Source: a virus
IMG/VR virus record: IMGVR_UViG_3300012204_000008
Span: 32,001 to 96,000 of that record
Length of the DNA: 64,000 nt
Reading direction: 5' to 3' (one strand)
Program-made: the position numbers and the translations under genes
Shown here: positions 41,201-51,191 of the stretch, one piece after another
Layout of the letters: every line of letters starts with the position of its first letter
Position numbering within the stretch: position 1 is the first letter of the stretch
Notes under the pieces: model-generated
What the model was told of the DNA's origin: nothing
Seen by the model: only the letters and a program-made list of their open reading frames with translations
The model's database searches: none

Positions 41201-43032
41201 ATGTTCTCGGGCCAGTTATTTTCTGGATATGGAAAACTGTTTTCGCCGTCGCATTCGCAGGTATAACGATCATCATAAAAGTTTGGTGGTTTTATGTAAG
41301 CACCGTTTTCAAAGAATTCGTTTGGTATGTCAAAAATATATTAGCACCAATTGTATTATGGTTATGGAAAAATGTAATTGAACGTTACTTTGGAGCAATG
41401 GGGAGAGGTATAGTAGTAGTTTGGGAACGTGTTATTAGACCGATCTTTGAAAAAGTTAAAGTTGGAGTTAAAGCTGTAGGAGATGCTTTTAGAATCGCTA
41501 AAGATTTTATTAAGAGACAATGGGACACTCTCTCGGCAATTCTCAAGAAACCAATTGACATAGCTATTAACTTCATCAACAAACAAGTTATTGATAGAGT
41601 TAACAAATTCACCTCGCCATTCCATCTTACGATTCCCAAAATCGCCGGAGGCGGTGAAGTCCGAGGTCCGTGGCAGGGTCCGGCCGCAGATAATGTACTA
41701 GCAAGAGTTAATCCAAAGGAATACGTACATCAGGTAGCAGCAACGAAGTACTACGGCATTCCGTTCATGAACGCCATTAACCAAAGAATGATCCCAAAGG
41801 ATCTGCTCCAATCAGCAATACCGGGACTAGCTGGTGGTGGCCGTGTATTCCCACTTCCAGCTGGTTCATGGCGATACGTGCAAGGAACCGCAGGACACGG
41901 TTATCCAGCCGTTGACTATGCAGCCGCCGCTGGAACTCCAATTCGTGCAGCTTTGCAAGGATATGCTAGTGTTGTTCGGTTCCTGACAACTTCTTATGGT
42001 CGCCATGTTGCTCTTACCCACGCTGGAAATTGGAGCACGTGGTACGCCCATATGAAGAACATTGGAGTCACTGAAGGTCAACAAGTCCATGCGGGTGACC
42101 CCATTGGTTCAGTTGACAGCACTGGTAACTCAACTGGCAACCACCTGCACTTTGAAGTTCGCCGGCCAGACGGGCTGCGTGTAGACCCCCAGGCTTGGCT
42201 AGAAGGCGCAGCTATGACCGGTGGTGGCAACGTCTTCTCTAGTGCTATCGGCCTTGTACGGCAACTCGCTTCAAAACTCGCAGCAGCAGCGTTCAGACCG
42301 ATCAAAGCACTAGCTAATAGAATCATTGGTGGCAAGGACGGTAACTTCCGCGGCGTTCTGCAGAACATCGTCGGCCAGGGACTTGATAAAGTAGTTGAAT
42401 GGATAAGAGGAAAGGAAGACGAAGTAGCGGCTACCGGCGCCGTCGGCGGTAACCTTGGCGCATGGATTCAGCAGGCTATCAAACTTACTGGAGTTCCTGG
42501 TAGTTGGGCAGGCGCACTTGCACGCCGTGCGATGTTTGAATCAGGCGGGAATCCAAAGGCCATCAACCTAACTGACTCGAATGCACGCGCTGGACATCCT
42601 TCAAAAGGTCTTATGCAAACTATCGATTCTACTTTCAATGCTTACAAGTTACCCGGAATGAATGACATCTGGAATCCAGTACACAACCTAGCCGCAGCAA
42701 TTCGCTATATCCTCGCCCGTTACGGCTCCATCTCTGCCATTGACCCGCCAGTAAGAGGATATGCAGACGGACTATGGCAAGCACTTAGTGATCAAGTTGC
42801 CATGATCCATCGTAATGAAATGATCATACCTGCTGGGCCAGCAGGACAAATTAGACAATCACTTACGCAAGGCGGAGATGGTGCAGGAATTTATGTGGCA
42901 CCCGGGGCCTTCAATGTCAATATTACTATAGCTGGGAACGTAGAAGATAGACACATTAATGAGATAAAAGAAGTTGTCCACGATGAGCTTTACGACCTTC
43001 TAAGAGAACTTAGAACTGGAGGCCGTAGATGA
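38235..43032 (+). CDS. Tape measure protein with C-terminal M23 peptidase and lytic transglycosylase; apparent 5' end frame-broken at 38259-38262
   Basis: Long Ala-rich coiled coil and hydrophobic/Trp-periodic repeats; H...VDY, YAHM, STGNHLHFE (M23); FESGGNP...GLMQ (SLT); main frame open from 38248, first ATG 38458. Confidence 0.9.
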
Positions 43033-44468
43033 CAATCACAACACTACGCCCAACCGGCGCTGAAACAAAGCGCGGACAAATCACTTACTCTTCTGGCACA
43101 ACAATCGTACCGTTGATTGACGACGAGCCAGCAGTAGATACGTCGTACGTTTCATGTGCTAACGGCTCACAGTGGCCTGAAACAGCGTTTTGGGTAAACC
43201 TTCCAGATAACACCCCTGCTCTTTCTGCCAACCAACGTATCAAGCAAGTACGTATCAGAGCTAGAGTTCGCCTTAGTACCGCCGATGGTGGGCGCGCTGC
43301 TTCCATTACTGTAGACACTCGCGATGACAGAGATGGTACCGGAACACTAGGCGAAAAGTTTACAACTTCTAACGCCTCAACATTCACTGAGAAGGTAGGA
43401 GTCTGGCGCACAAAACCGACGAAGCCTTCCCTGACTGAGCTCAATCAATCAGACCTAAATCATTATCAAATATACTGCAACTTCTTATATACGTGTTGCG
43501 CAGGTATCAGGTCTAATCTCCGCGTCTCTGAACTTTACTTAGACATAGATGTTCGCTCACTTGGTACGGTCACCGGCGTCGGCGTTACAGGTAACGACAC
43601 AAGTAGCCGTCCAACTGTTTCGTGGACATTTAATCCAAACGCAGACAACGACATACAAGCATGGTACTTCGTTAAGATCTTCTCCTCAACCCAGTACACC
43701 GCGGCGGGCTTCACCCCCTTCCAAAGCGGAGCTATCTGGGAGTCTCTGTGGCGCGCTGGCAATGCGGACAATATCGTAGTAGAGACAGATTTAGTTGCAG
43801 CCGTAACATATCGCGCTTACGTGATAGCAGGGCAGGATTTCAACGGCCAACGGTGGCAAACAGCGTATGCCAACTCGGTCGCGTTCACTATGGGTGGAGC
43901 AGTTGTTCCAACTCCACTACTCACTGTAACGCCAGACCCTTCTCTTCCATGGCTACGAAATAAACTTTCCATACGTGGCAACTTCAACATGCTTTCGGCG
44001 CAAAATGCTAGTTTCGATGACTCGACGCTCTCAGTGGGCTTATGGACCGCAACCACCAACTGCACGATTGCGCGAAGTACGACGCAAACGGCCTACGGTG
44101 CCGGTTCTATGGCCATGACGGCTACTGGCACATCGGACATGACAGCAGATACGCCAAGAGGAATTAGCGGTATCCCTGTTCGCGCTGGCCTGACTTATAC
44201 ATTCATGGCTGAGTTTCGAGCGAATACAACAGCTAGAACTGTACTGGTCAATATCGCGTGGTATAATATTCAAGGTGTAATGCTAAATGGCGGTGCTTAC
44301 GTAACTGGAGCGACAAAAACAGATAGCAATACTGGCTGGGTACAGTCAACTGGAACCGCCGTTGCACCAACCGGAACCGCTTTTGCTTCGATAATGGTAC
44401 AGATAGTTTCACCAGTTGTGGTGGGAGAAATCCATTATGTAGATAAAGTCGGACTCTTCCCGGCGTAG
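43029..44468 (+). CDS. Minor tail protein (beta-rich, carbohydrate-binding-like module)
   Basis: ATGA overlap with the tape measure; NASF...GxTYTF...APTG.AFA...YVD module. Confidence 0.75.
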   Translation: MTITTLRPTGAETKRGQITYSSGTTIVPLIDDEPAVDTSYVSCANGSQWPETAFWVNLPDNTPALSANQRIKQVRIRARVRLSTADGGRAASITVDTRDDRDGTGTLGEKFTTSNASTFTEKVGVWRTKPTKPSLTELNQSDLNHYQIYCNFLYTCCAGIRSNLRVSELYLDIDVRSLGTVTGVGVTGNDTSSRPTVSWTFNPNADNDIQAWYFVKIFSSTQYTAAGFTPFQSGAIWESLWRAGNADNIVVETDLVAAVTYRAYVIAGQDFNGQRWQTAYANSVAFTMGGAVVPTPLLTVTPDPSLPWLRNKLSIRGNFNMLSAQNASFDDSTLSVGLWTATTNCTIARSTTQTAYGAGSMAMTATGTSDMTADTPRGISGIPVRAGLTYTFMAEFRANTTARTVLVNIAWYNIQGVMLNGGAYVTGATKTDSNTGWVQSTGTAVAPTGTAFASIMVQIVSPVVVGEIHYVDKVGLFPA

Positions 44469-44476
44469 GAGTTGAA

Positions 44477-46372
44477 GTGGGAACACCTGTCATCGCCAAC
44501 GTGGGCTTCACGACGACGTGGGACCCGCCAAGCAAAGACTTGTTGATGCCAGGCGTTCCAGCCGGAGCGTTACTGGTAGTTTCTGCTGCTTCGGATGAAG
44601 GCCACACAGACGCCTACACTGTTACTTCTTCCCCCTCGCTTACATGGACAAAACGTCAAGAGCAGCTTCTTTCAACCTCTGGCTCAGCACTTATAGCCAC
44701 CGCTTACGCCGCCTCAGCAGGTGACTACACGATAACGGTATCGCGTGTAACAGGTACTAGAAATAGATACGTCACCTACGTCATTACAGGACACGATGAA
44801 CAGACTTTTGGTGGCGCGTCCGCAAAGGGTGGCTCCGCCTCGGCTAGCGCTCCTAGTGTCAACCTAACGACAACACGGGATAACTCACTTGTAATCGGTG
44901 TAGTAGGTGACGACGCAGAGGTTGACGGTTCTGGTCGAGTGTACCGCAACGCACCAGTTGCAGAAGATCTCTACGGCAGCTCTGGTACAGATGGCTACTG
45001 GTGGCATCGCGTTCGCGCTACCAGCGGTTCAGCGGTAGCAGAAGGTCTTACCGCGCCCAGCAACATGCGCTGGGGCGAATGTGTCATTGAGATTCGCGGA
45101 CCTCTTGACAGCCCAAGTGGTACCTCAGTTGGCTGGTCACCGGGTGGATTAATGGGCATCGGCCAAACTATTCTAGAACGCTCATGGTCTACAACTGGTA
45201 AACGAAATCTCGTCTCGCCGCAATTGTACGGTGGTGGAGACGTAGAGAAGAGCGCCGCAGGATTTTATCTACAGCCTGGTGCGGTTTCTACCATCTCGTA
45301 TGATAGGGGTGAGCTCTGGCACGGAGAAGGTTCTATTAGATGGGACGTAAATGAACTTGGCACAAAACTCTATATGGGATGGCCCTCTGCGGCATATAAT
45401 GATCCAGCTCCACTTTATGCATTAGCGGCAGTTCCAGGGCTCCAGTATACATTCGGAATCTACGCTAAAGCTGATGCCTCATTTAGCACGCAACTCAACT
45501 TGCAAACAATTGACAAGGACGGCAATAATGTCGGCTCCTCAACTAATAGTGGAGCTAAGACATTAACTACCTCATGGCAACTCGTAACAGCCACAATAAC
45601 AGTTCCAGTTACAGGAGTCTATGTTAGACCGCATCTAGACAATACTGCCAGCGTTATAGATCGTCGAGTATGGGTGGATGCTGCGCAATGGGTGCAAGAT
45701 TCCGTGGCAGATACGACACCATATCGCCCGTCAGGAGCACCGGTAATTTGGACTCAGATTCGTGGCGCCTCGGAAATTGATGACCCAATTATTTCCGCTA
45801 ATTCGCCAGATGAATTAGCTACTGTCTGGGATGAAGAGGTCCCACCTGGATATACGATAACATATCGCGCAAGAAATGTTCAACCCGAAACAACTACGAG
45901 TCCAAAATTGGGTTCTGCCTCAACTCCTTATATACAGACTATGCTAAGTCCACCGGGGCAAGGAATCTGGGTTTTGAAGGATTTGCATAGTGTTATTGAT
46001 TATATGCAAGTTTACATAATCGAAATCAGTGAGGAACAGCACACAGAGGCTACTACCTATTTCCCTATTAGACCGATCTCCTCTACCCTAATAGGGCAAA
46101 GACCAGTAGTAATTTCAGATTTCATCGGAGGACATGACGGGTCATTGACTATAGTGGCTAGAGGGTTTGAGGAATGGGACAGACTACAGAGGCTTCTCGC
46201 TGCCACACAAACTCTATGGATAGTTTTTCCAGACTTCGGTGCGCGTTATATCTCTATCACTAGTCGTACTTGGGGGCGGAGGCATTTCTTCCCTGGAGAA
46301 TGTGAAGGTTTGGACGGATGGTTGCGAACAGTAACGCTTAGCTTCCTAGAAGTTGATAGGCCGTCGGTATGA
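44477..46372 (+). CDS. Minor tail protein (distal-tail-like C-terminus); possibly fused to the upstream ORF by a -1 shift
   Basis: AGGAG plus GTG; CBM-like module; C-terminal WVLKD...RPVVISD...F.EVDRP. Confidence 0.75.
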   Translation: MGTPVIANVGFTTTWDPPSKDLLMPGVPAGALLVVSAASDEGHTDAYTVTSSPSLTWTKRQEQLLSTSGSALIATAYAASAGDYTITVSRVTGTRNRYVTYVITGHDEQTFGGASAKGGSASASAPSVNLTTTRDNSLVIGVVGDDAEVDGSGRVYRNAPVAEDLYGSSGTDGYWWHRVRATSGSAVAEGLTAPSNMRWGECVIEIRGPLDSPSGTSVGWSPGGLMGIGQTILERSWSTTGKRNLVSPQLYGGGDVEKSAAGFYLQPGAVSTISYDRGELWHGEGSIRWDVNELGTKLYMGWPSAAYNDPAPLYALAAVPGLQYTFGIYAKADASFSTQLNLQTIDKDGNNVGSSTNSGAKTLTTSWQLVTATITVPVTGVYVRPHLDNTASVIDRRVWVDAAQWVQDSVADTTPYRPSGAPVIWTQIRGASEIDDPIISANSPDELATVWDEEVPPGYTITYRARNVQPETTTSPKLGSASTPYIQTMLSPPGQGIWVLKDLHSVIDYMQVYIIEISEEQHTEATTYFPIRPISSTLIGQRPVVISDFIGGHDGSLTIVARGFEEWDRLQRLLAATQTLWIVFPDFGARYISITSRTWGRRHFFPGECEGLDGWLRTVTLSFLEVDRPSV

Positions 46373-46384
46373 TAAGAGCGAGAT

Positions 46385-47545
46385 ATGTGGCCTACTTCTG
46401 AGAGATTCAAAAGCGCTATTAAAGGAAATCATAACGTAGCAATCAAAGCAGAAGTTCTGCAAGACGGCGTTGTGATATATGATTTAACCGAAGCCGGCGT
46501 GGTGATAGACGGAAGCGTTTCCGCTTCACACTCCGCAACAGAACGCACAGGTGGAATTTCTTTAATAGATCGCGATAGAAGTTTGACGCCCACTGATATA
46601 GATGATCTACTTGTACCAGGTGGAAATGAAATAAGACTATGGAGAGGAGTTTACTTCTCTGATGCCACAGAACAAGATAGGAGGGATGAAACAGATAAAG
46701 AGTTAATTCCCCTTGGAACCTTTCGTTTTACAAATGTAGCAGCTTCACCACCTAGTATTACGATCCATGAAATGTATGATAGATCCTGGGTCGTTTCTGG
46801 TGAGAAATTTGAAAATGTTACAACTATTGCGGCAGGAACCTTACTTACTGAAGCAATAGAGTCTCTTCTTAAGAAGGCTATGCCATCTGTTGAAACTAAC
46901 TTTCCAGATACAGATGAAACAACACTCGCAATGATATTTGAAGCAGAATCTGACCCATGGGAAATTTGCCAACTTCTTGCGGCTAACTTAGGTATGCGCC
47001 TATTCTTTAATCAAATGGGCGTATGTGTAATGACCCAAGAAGCTGAACCAGATATTGATCCAGTTGTATGGAGTTTTGATAACACGAGTATAGAAGATCC
47101 AAGTATAGCAATAGGACACCCAGAATTTGATTGGCAAGGAACCAGTTTCAACAAAATAATAGTGATCGCAGAAAATTCCAATCTTGCTACACCATTACGC
47201 GCTGTAGCAACAGACTCAGATCCAAAGAGTATCACTAAGTATGGTGGAAAATATGGCCGCCGCCTCGCTCCAATTATTCGCGACGAGAAAATCGCAACTC
47301 AAGCGCAGGCTAACGCTAGGGCCAAGAAGGAACTCCAACAACAACTAGGTTTAGTACAGCAACTTTCAATTAACTCCCTAGTAAACCCAGCATTTGAGAT
47401 TGATGACTTGGTAGAGATCGTTTATGAAGACGGAGATATCTCTATTTCCCAAGTTCATATAATAGATAACTTCCAAGTACCTATCAGAGCTTCAAGTTCC
47501 ATGAAACTTCAAACTAGAATAAGACAGGTGGTGACACTAGAATGA
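46385..47545 (+). CDS. Minor tail/baseplate hub protein (DUF5047-like)
   Basis: MWPTSERF..AI, GSVS, ELIPLGTF, DRSW, DPW, NPAFEIDD. Confidence 0.75.
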   Translation: MWPTSERFKSAIKGNHNVAIKAEVLQDGVVIYDLTEAGVVIDGSVSASHSATERTGGISLIDRDRSLTPTDIDDLLVPGGNEIRLWRGVYFSDATEQDRRDETDKELIPLGTFRFTNVAASPPSITIHEMYDRSWVVSGEKFENVTTIAAGTLLTEAIESLLKKAMPSVETNFPDTDETTLAMIFEAESDPWEICQLLAANLGMRLFFNQMGVCVMTQEAEPDIDPVVWSFDNTSIEDPSIAIGHPEFDWQGTSFNKIIVIAENSNLATPLRAVATDSDPKSITKYGGKYGRRLAPIIRDEKIATQAQANARAKKELQQQLGLVQQLSINSLVNPAFEIDDLVEIVYEDGDISISQVHIIDNFQVPIRASSSMKLQTRIRQVVTLE

Positions 47546-48270
47546 CCAATCCCCAGCTCCATGACCCGCGCCATATAGAATCTAGTATTAGAGAATGTAA
47601 TAGACAACTTACCAATGAAATAATGTTTGAGAAGCAATGGCCTACCCTGCGCGGCGTGCAACTTAGGCAAGGAATCGTGCAAGCCGTTGACAGCACGTTG
47701 CGTCAATGCTCAATCTACCTGGGTGGAGATACGGACGTTCAGATCAACGGCGTGCCTGTACTGACATCATATGTTCCAGTTATAGGTGACAACGTGTGGC
47801 TGCTACAGAACGGTTCGGACCTCATCGCGATCGGTACGGTTAGTATTGCCGGACCAAATTTCTATGCCGAGCGAAAGACGTACGCGACTGGCCCGGAAAC
47901 AACTACCTCTGCCTCATTCGTTCAAATAACGTCTGGTTCGCCTAGCATTTCTTTTACCAAGAGATGGGACGACACTGAGCTGAGACTTTCTCTCCTAACA
48001 ACGTGCTACGTCTCTATCGCCGCCGCCACTGAAGTAGAGCTAGGTATTAATGTCGGAGGAACAGACAAAGCCATCACCTCATTCTACTTCAACAACGTTG
48101 GTGAGCACTTGACTATGGGCGGTGAGATCAGACACACGGTCGGCGGTGGCCCGATCGCTGGAACATATACCTGCGTTCCAGTCTGGCGACGAAAAAGCGG
48201 TACTGGAACAATAACCAGAAACGAAGGAGACGCGATGTTCTTTGCGGTAGAGGAGATGATGCAGACATGA
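47542..48270 (+). CDS. Minor tail protein (N-terminal OB-like spike domain)
   Basis: RQGIV...SYVPVIGDNVW...LIAIG. Confidence 0.65.
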   Translation: MTNPQLHDPRHIESSIRECNRQLTNEIMFEKQWPTLRGVQLRQGIVQAVDSTLRQCSIYLGGDTDVQINGVPVLTSYVPVIGDNVWLLQNGSDLIAIGTVSIAGPNFYAERKTYATGPETTTSASFVQITSGSPSISFTKRWDDTELRLSLLTTCYVSIAAATEVELGINVGGTDKAITSFYFNNVGEHLTMGGEIRHTVGGGPIAGTYTCVPVWRRKSGTGTITRNEGDAMFFAVEEMMQT

Positions 48271-48608
48271 CAATTTCGCTTCAAGAACAGAGTTACCTAG
48301 CTAACAAAGACGAAGTCTTTCGCAGTCGTATCGCTTCAGCACTTACTGATCAGGCAGTGACTAAATATCAAGCAACACCGCTACCTGACGCGAACGATCA
48401 GGCCAAACGTATGGCTTTCATTATTGATATCATCCAAGATATCAATAGAGTTCTTACGCCATATGCGCGAGTATTAGTAACTCGTGCGGCGATCGAAAAT
48501 GCTGCAAATATCGATGCAATTACAGACGCCAATATTGAAGCTGCAATGGGCGGCATCTTTGATGACTTCGCCAAGATCATTAAAACACCACCGCCAACGG
48601 TGACTTAA
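48267..48608 (+). CDS. Hypothetical tail-associated helical protein
   Basis: FRSRI...ITDANI pattern; GGAG SD, ATGA overlap. Confidence 0.6.
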   Translation: MTISLQEQSYLANKDEVFRSRIASALTDQAVTKYQATPLPDANDQAKRMAFIIDIIQDINRVLTPYARVLVTRAAIENAANIDAITDANIEAAMGGIFDDFAKIIKTPPPTVT

Positions 48609-48609
48609 A

Positions 48610-49728
48610 ATGCAAGACGACTTTAGTTTCCTACCCGTTAATGAATCTATTTTCACTGACATTTCACAAGCACTAGCCTTTGCGCGAGCAGAGCATCTTT
48701 CTCGATCACGTGACTGGACAGGAATGTGTTTAGCCTTCTCTCGTTCTTGCTGGCAAGTTCCACCTCTGTATGGAAACGCTACGGAAGGGTGGATGGCAAC
48801 TAAGAATCGTGGGACCGGTACTTCCCCACCTGGAGCATTAGAATGGTGGACGGGAGGATCAAGAGGATATGGGCATGTTGCCTTATCCGCTGGATCAGAA
48901 GAAATATGGACTTCGGATTTAATTCGCCAAGGGCAAATAGACTTAGCTCAGAGAAGTATTGTTTCCCAAAAATGGGGACTAAGTTATGCTGGCTGGTCTA
49001 GAGACATCAATGAAGTAAAGGTTTTAGATTCACTTTCTCAGGAGACCACCATGATTGAAGGATGCGATTATTCTTATGCACGCCCTAATCTTTCATGCTT
49101 ATTTTCTCCTCCATACAACATGCGTTTTGTCGTTAGATACGTACAGAATAGACCGATAGAAAAAAATATGACGGCCGCTGAGACCAAGAGCCTCGCTGCT
49201 GCCGGTTTCTCAATTGTAACGGTTTGCCAACAAGGAACTTCCCCAATGCTGGACGGCCGTAATCGTGGAATTGAACTAGCAACTGGAGCATTAAAAGAAG
49301 CAACCACATGTGGGATGCCAGCAGGACGCCCGATCTACTTTGCACTAGATATCGACCCAAATGCTTTTACCACTACACAATGGACTGCCTGTAAAGAATT
49401 TCTAGGCGGCGCTGCAACCGTTATCGGTCTTCGTAACGTTGGAGTTTACGGAGCAAGAAAAGCGATTGACATACTTTGTCCAGGCTGGGCACCGTGGGGA
49501 TGGCAAACATACGCTTGGTCGGGTAACGTTTGGTCTGTAAAGGCACAACTTCAACAATATAAGAATAATGTAACTATATGTAATGAAAACATAGATCATG
49601 ACAGAGCAACTGTTACTGATTATGGGCAATGGAAACCAGGGCAGGCAGTCCCAGATACTATCCGCCAATTAAATGAACAAGACAAAACTTTTCTTCTAGG
49701 TCCATTCGCTCAGGCGGTGAGATTTTAG
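48610..49728 (+). CDS. Endolysin: CHAP/NlpC-like cysteine peptidase plus DUF1906 (GH25-like) muramidase
   Basis: GMCLAF...GYGHVALS; DYS, FVVRY, PIYFALD, GVYG, WQTYAWS, LQQY, IDHD. Confidence 0.85.
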   Translation: MQDDFSFLPVNESIFTDISQALAFARAEHLSRSRDWTGMCLAFSRSCWQVPPLYGNATEGWMATKNRGTGTSPPGALEWWTGGSRGYGHVALSAGSEEIWTSDLIRQGQIDLAQRSIVSQKWGLSYAGWSRDINEVKVLDSLSQETTMIEGCDYSYARPNLSCLFSPPYNMRFVVRYVQNRPIEKNMTAAETKSLAAAGFSIVTVCQQGTSPMLDGRNRGIELATGALKEATTCGMPAGRPIYFALDIDPNAFTTTQWTACKEFLGGAATVIGLRNVGVYGARKAIDILCPGWAPWGWQTYAWSGNVWSVKAQLQQYKNNVTICNENIDHDRATVTDYGQWKPGQAVPDTIRQLNEQDKTFLLGPFAQAVRF

Positions 49729-50498
49729 TGGAGGAAATAACAGAAATCTCTGGACCGGCAGCTTGTTGGGCTGGTGAGCAAGACACTAGTGGACAAAGGC
49801 CAATCGGTCTAGAAGCAGTCACCACCGGAATCGCCTATCCCAAAGCGAACAGAACAGCCCAATGGTACGCAGGTTCTTACCCTGGTATCTACATGGGCGG
49901 TATAGAGAAGGTCCTCTTACATACTACCGAAACCGGAACTTGGCCCGGTTACGGTGGTGGCGCTTCCATGCCAAACCTTACTTTCTTTCCTAAGACATTG
50001 GAATGGAGGCAACATCAATGGTGTGACTGGAGCGCCAGAGCATTGCGCGACCCAACCAGTACAGTTGTTCAAGAAAATCGTGATAAAGTTTGTCAAATAG
50101 AAATTATAGCCTGTTCAGATCTAGCATGGGCAGACAAATACGGATATCTCAGAGTTACAAGAATCTCAGACGCAGCGATAAAGGAGTTAGGAACTTTCAT
50201 CCGTTGGACGAATATCACTTTTGGAGTGCCACTAGTGAAAGCTCCGATATGGCTTTCGTATCCTTCCTCTGCTGGTGACAGCGCAGCTCGTATGAGTGGT
50301 CCAACCTTTGACGCATTTCGTGGCGTCTGCGGCCATATGCACGCTAGTGGAAATACTCATGGCGACCCAGACTCTATTCCAATTGATAAAATAATGGCAG
50401 CGGCTGGAGCGACTCCAATTCCTCCCTCCACTTTTACACTAACCACAGCCGATCAAATATGGTTAACGACAAACTTTGCTCGATCAGTTAATGGATAG
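49728..50498 (+). CDS. Endolysin: zinc N-acetylmuramoyl-L-alanine amidase (amidase_2-like)
   Basis: LLHTTE, QIEI, GVCGHMH, NTHGDP. Confidence 0.85.
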   Translation: MEEITEISGPAACWAGEQDTSGQRPIGLEAVTTGIAYPKANRTAQWYAGSYPGIYMGGIEKVLLHTTETGTWPGYGGGASMPNLTFFPKTLEWRQHQWCDWSARALRDPTSTVVQENRDKVCQIEIIACSDLAWADKYGYLRVTRISDAAIKELGTFIRWTNITFGVPLVKAPIWLSYPSSAGDSAARMSGPTFDAFRGVCGHMHASGNTHGDPDSIPIDKIMAAAGATPIPPSTFTLTTADQIWLTTNFARSVNG

Positions 50499-50507
50499 GA
50501 GAGAAAG

Positions 50508-51191
50508 ATGACAACCCCCGGTACTCTTACTGAAACTGACAAGAATTGGATGCTAACAGTTCTTGTCCAAGCAATAAGGAGAGAAATGACTAGAATAGTA
50601 AGCGTGAATGTCGCTGGTTCTGCCAGTCAATATGTGGTTGGTCCTGGACTTTTCTGGCACATACCAAGCGGTGCCTCATTGGCCGTATTACGCAAAGTAG
50701 GAATTCTTCCGTCAACAACAATTGCACTAACACAGGCAGAATTTGACCTATTGAAAAGCATGGCAGAAGGTACCAATCCTCTATCCCCTACTACTCCATT
50801 CCAATCAGCAGCCGTTAGAACCTATGCTCAAGCGCTTTTCCAAAATCCCACCCTTACTGGTCTTTCTAGCCGATATCTACTAGAGCTTCTATGGAGTCGT
50901 GTTCTTGGAGAAATCGGTGTTGACTTTGCAGAGGACTCTGCTAAGGCGATGACCGCCATTACAGAACTGCAGGCAAGGCCTTTGGCTGATATAGATGAAA
51001 CTGCACTTGCAACAGCCCTCATATCGGCTGGTCTTGGTGAATTAGATGAAGTAGAGCTTGCCCGTATCGCGAATGCAGCGGCAAATGAGCTAGACCGTAG
51101 AGAGCGGGAACGTCTCGGCCCATCGCCCACTCCTCCAGCCGCCCCAACTCAAACAATAGAGACAGAGACTGGAGCAGGAGCTGCCGAATGA
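50508..51191 (+). CDS. Non-catalytic lysin-associated protein
   Basis: AGGAG SD; helical C-terminus IDETALA...IANAAANELDRR resembling actinophage endolysin C-termini. Confidence 0.55.
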   Translation: MTTPGTLTETDKNWMLTVLVQAIRREMTRIVSVNVAGSASQYVVGPGLFWHIPSGASLAVLRKVGILPSTTIALTQAEFDLLKSMAEGTNPLSPTTPFQSAAVRTYAQALFQNPTLTGLSSRYLLELLWSRVLGEIGVDFAEDSAKAMTAITELQARPLADIDETALATALISAGLGELDEVELARIANAAANELDRRERERLGPSPTPPAAPTQTIETETGAGAAE

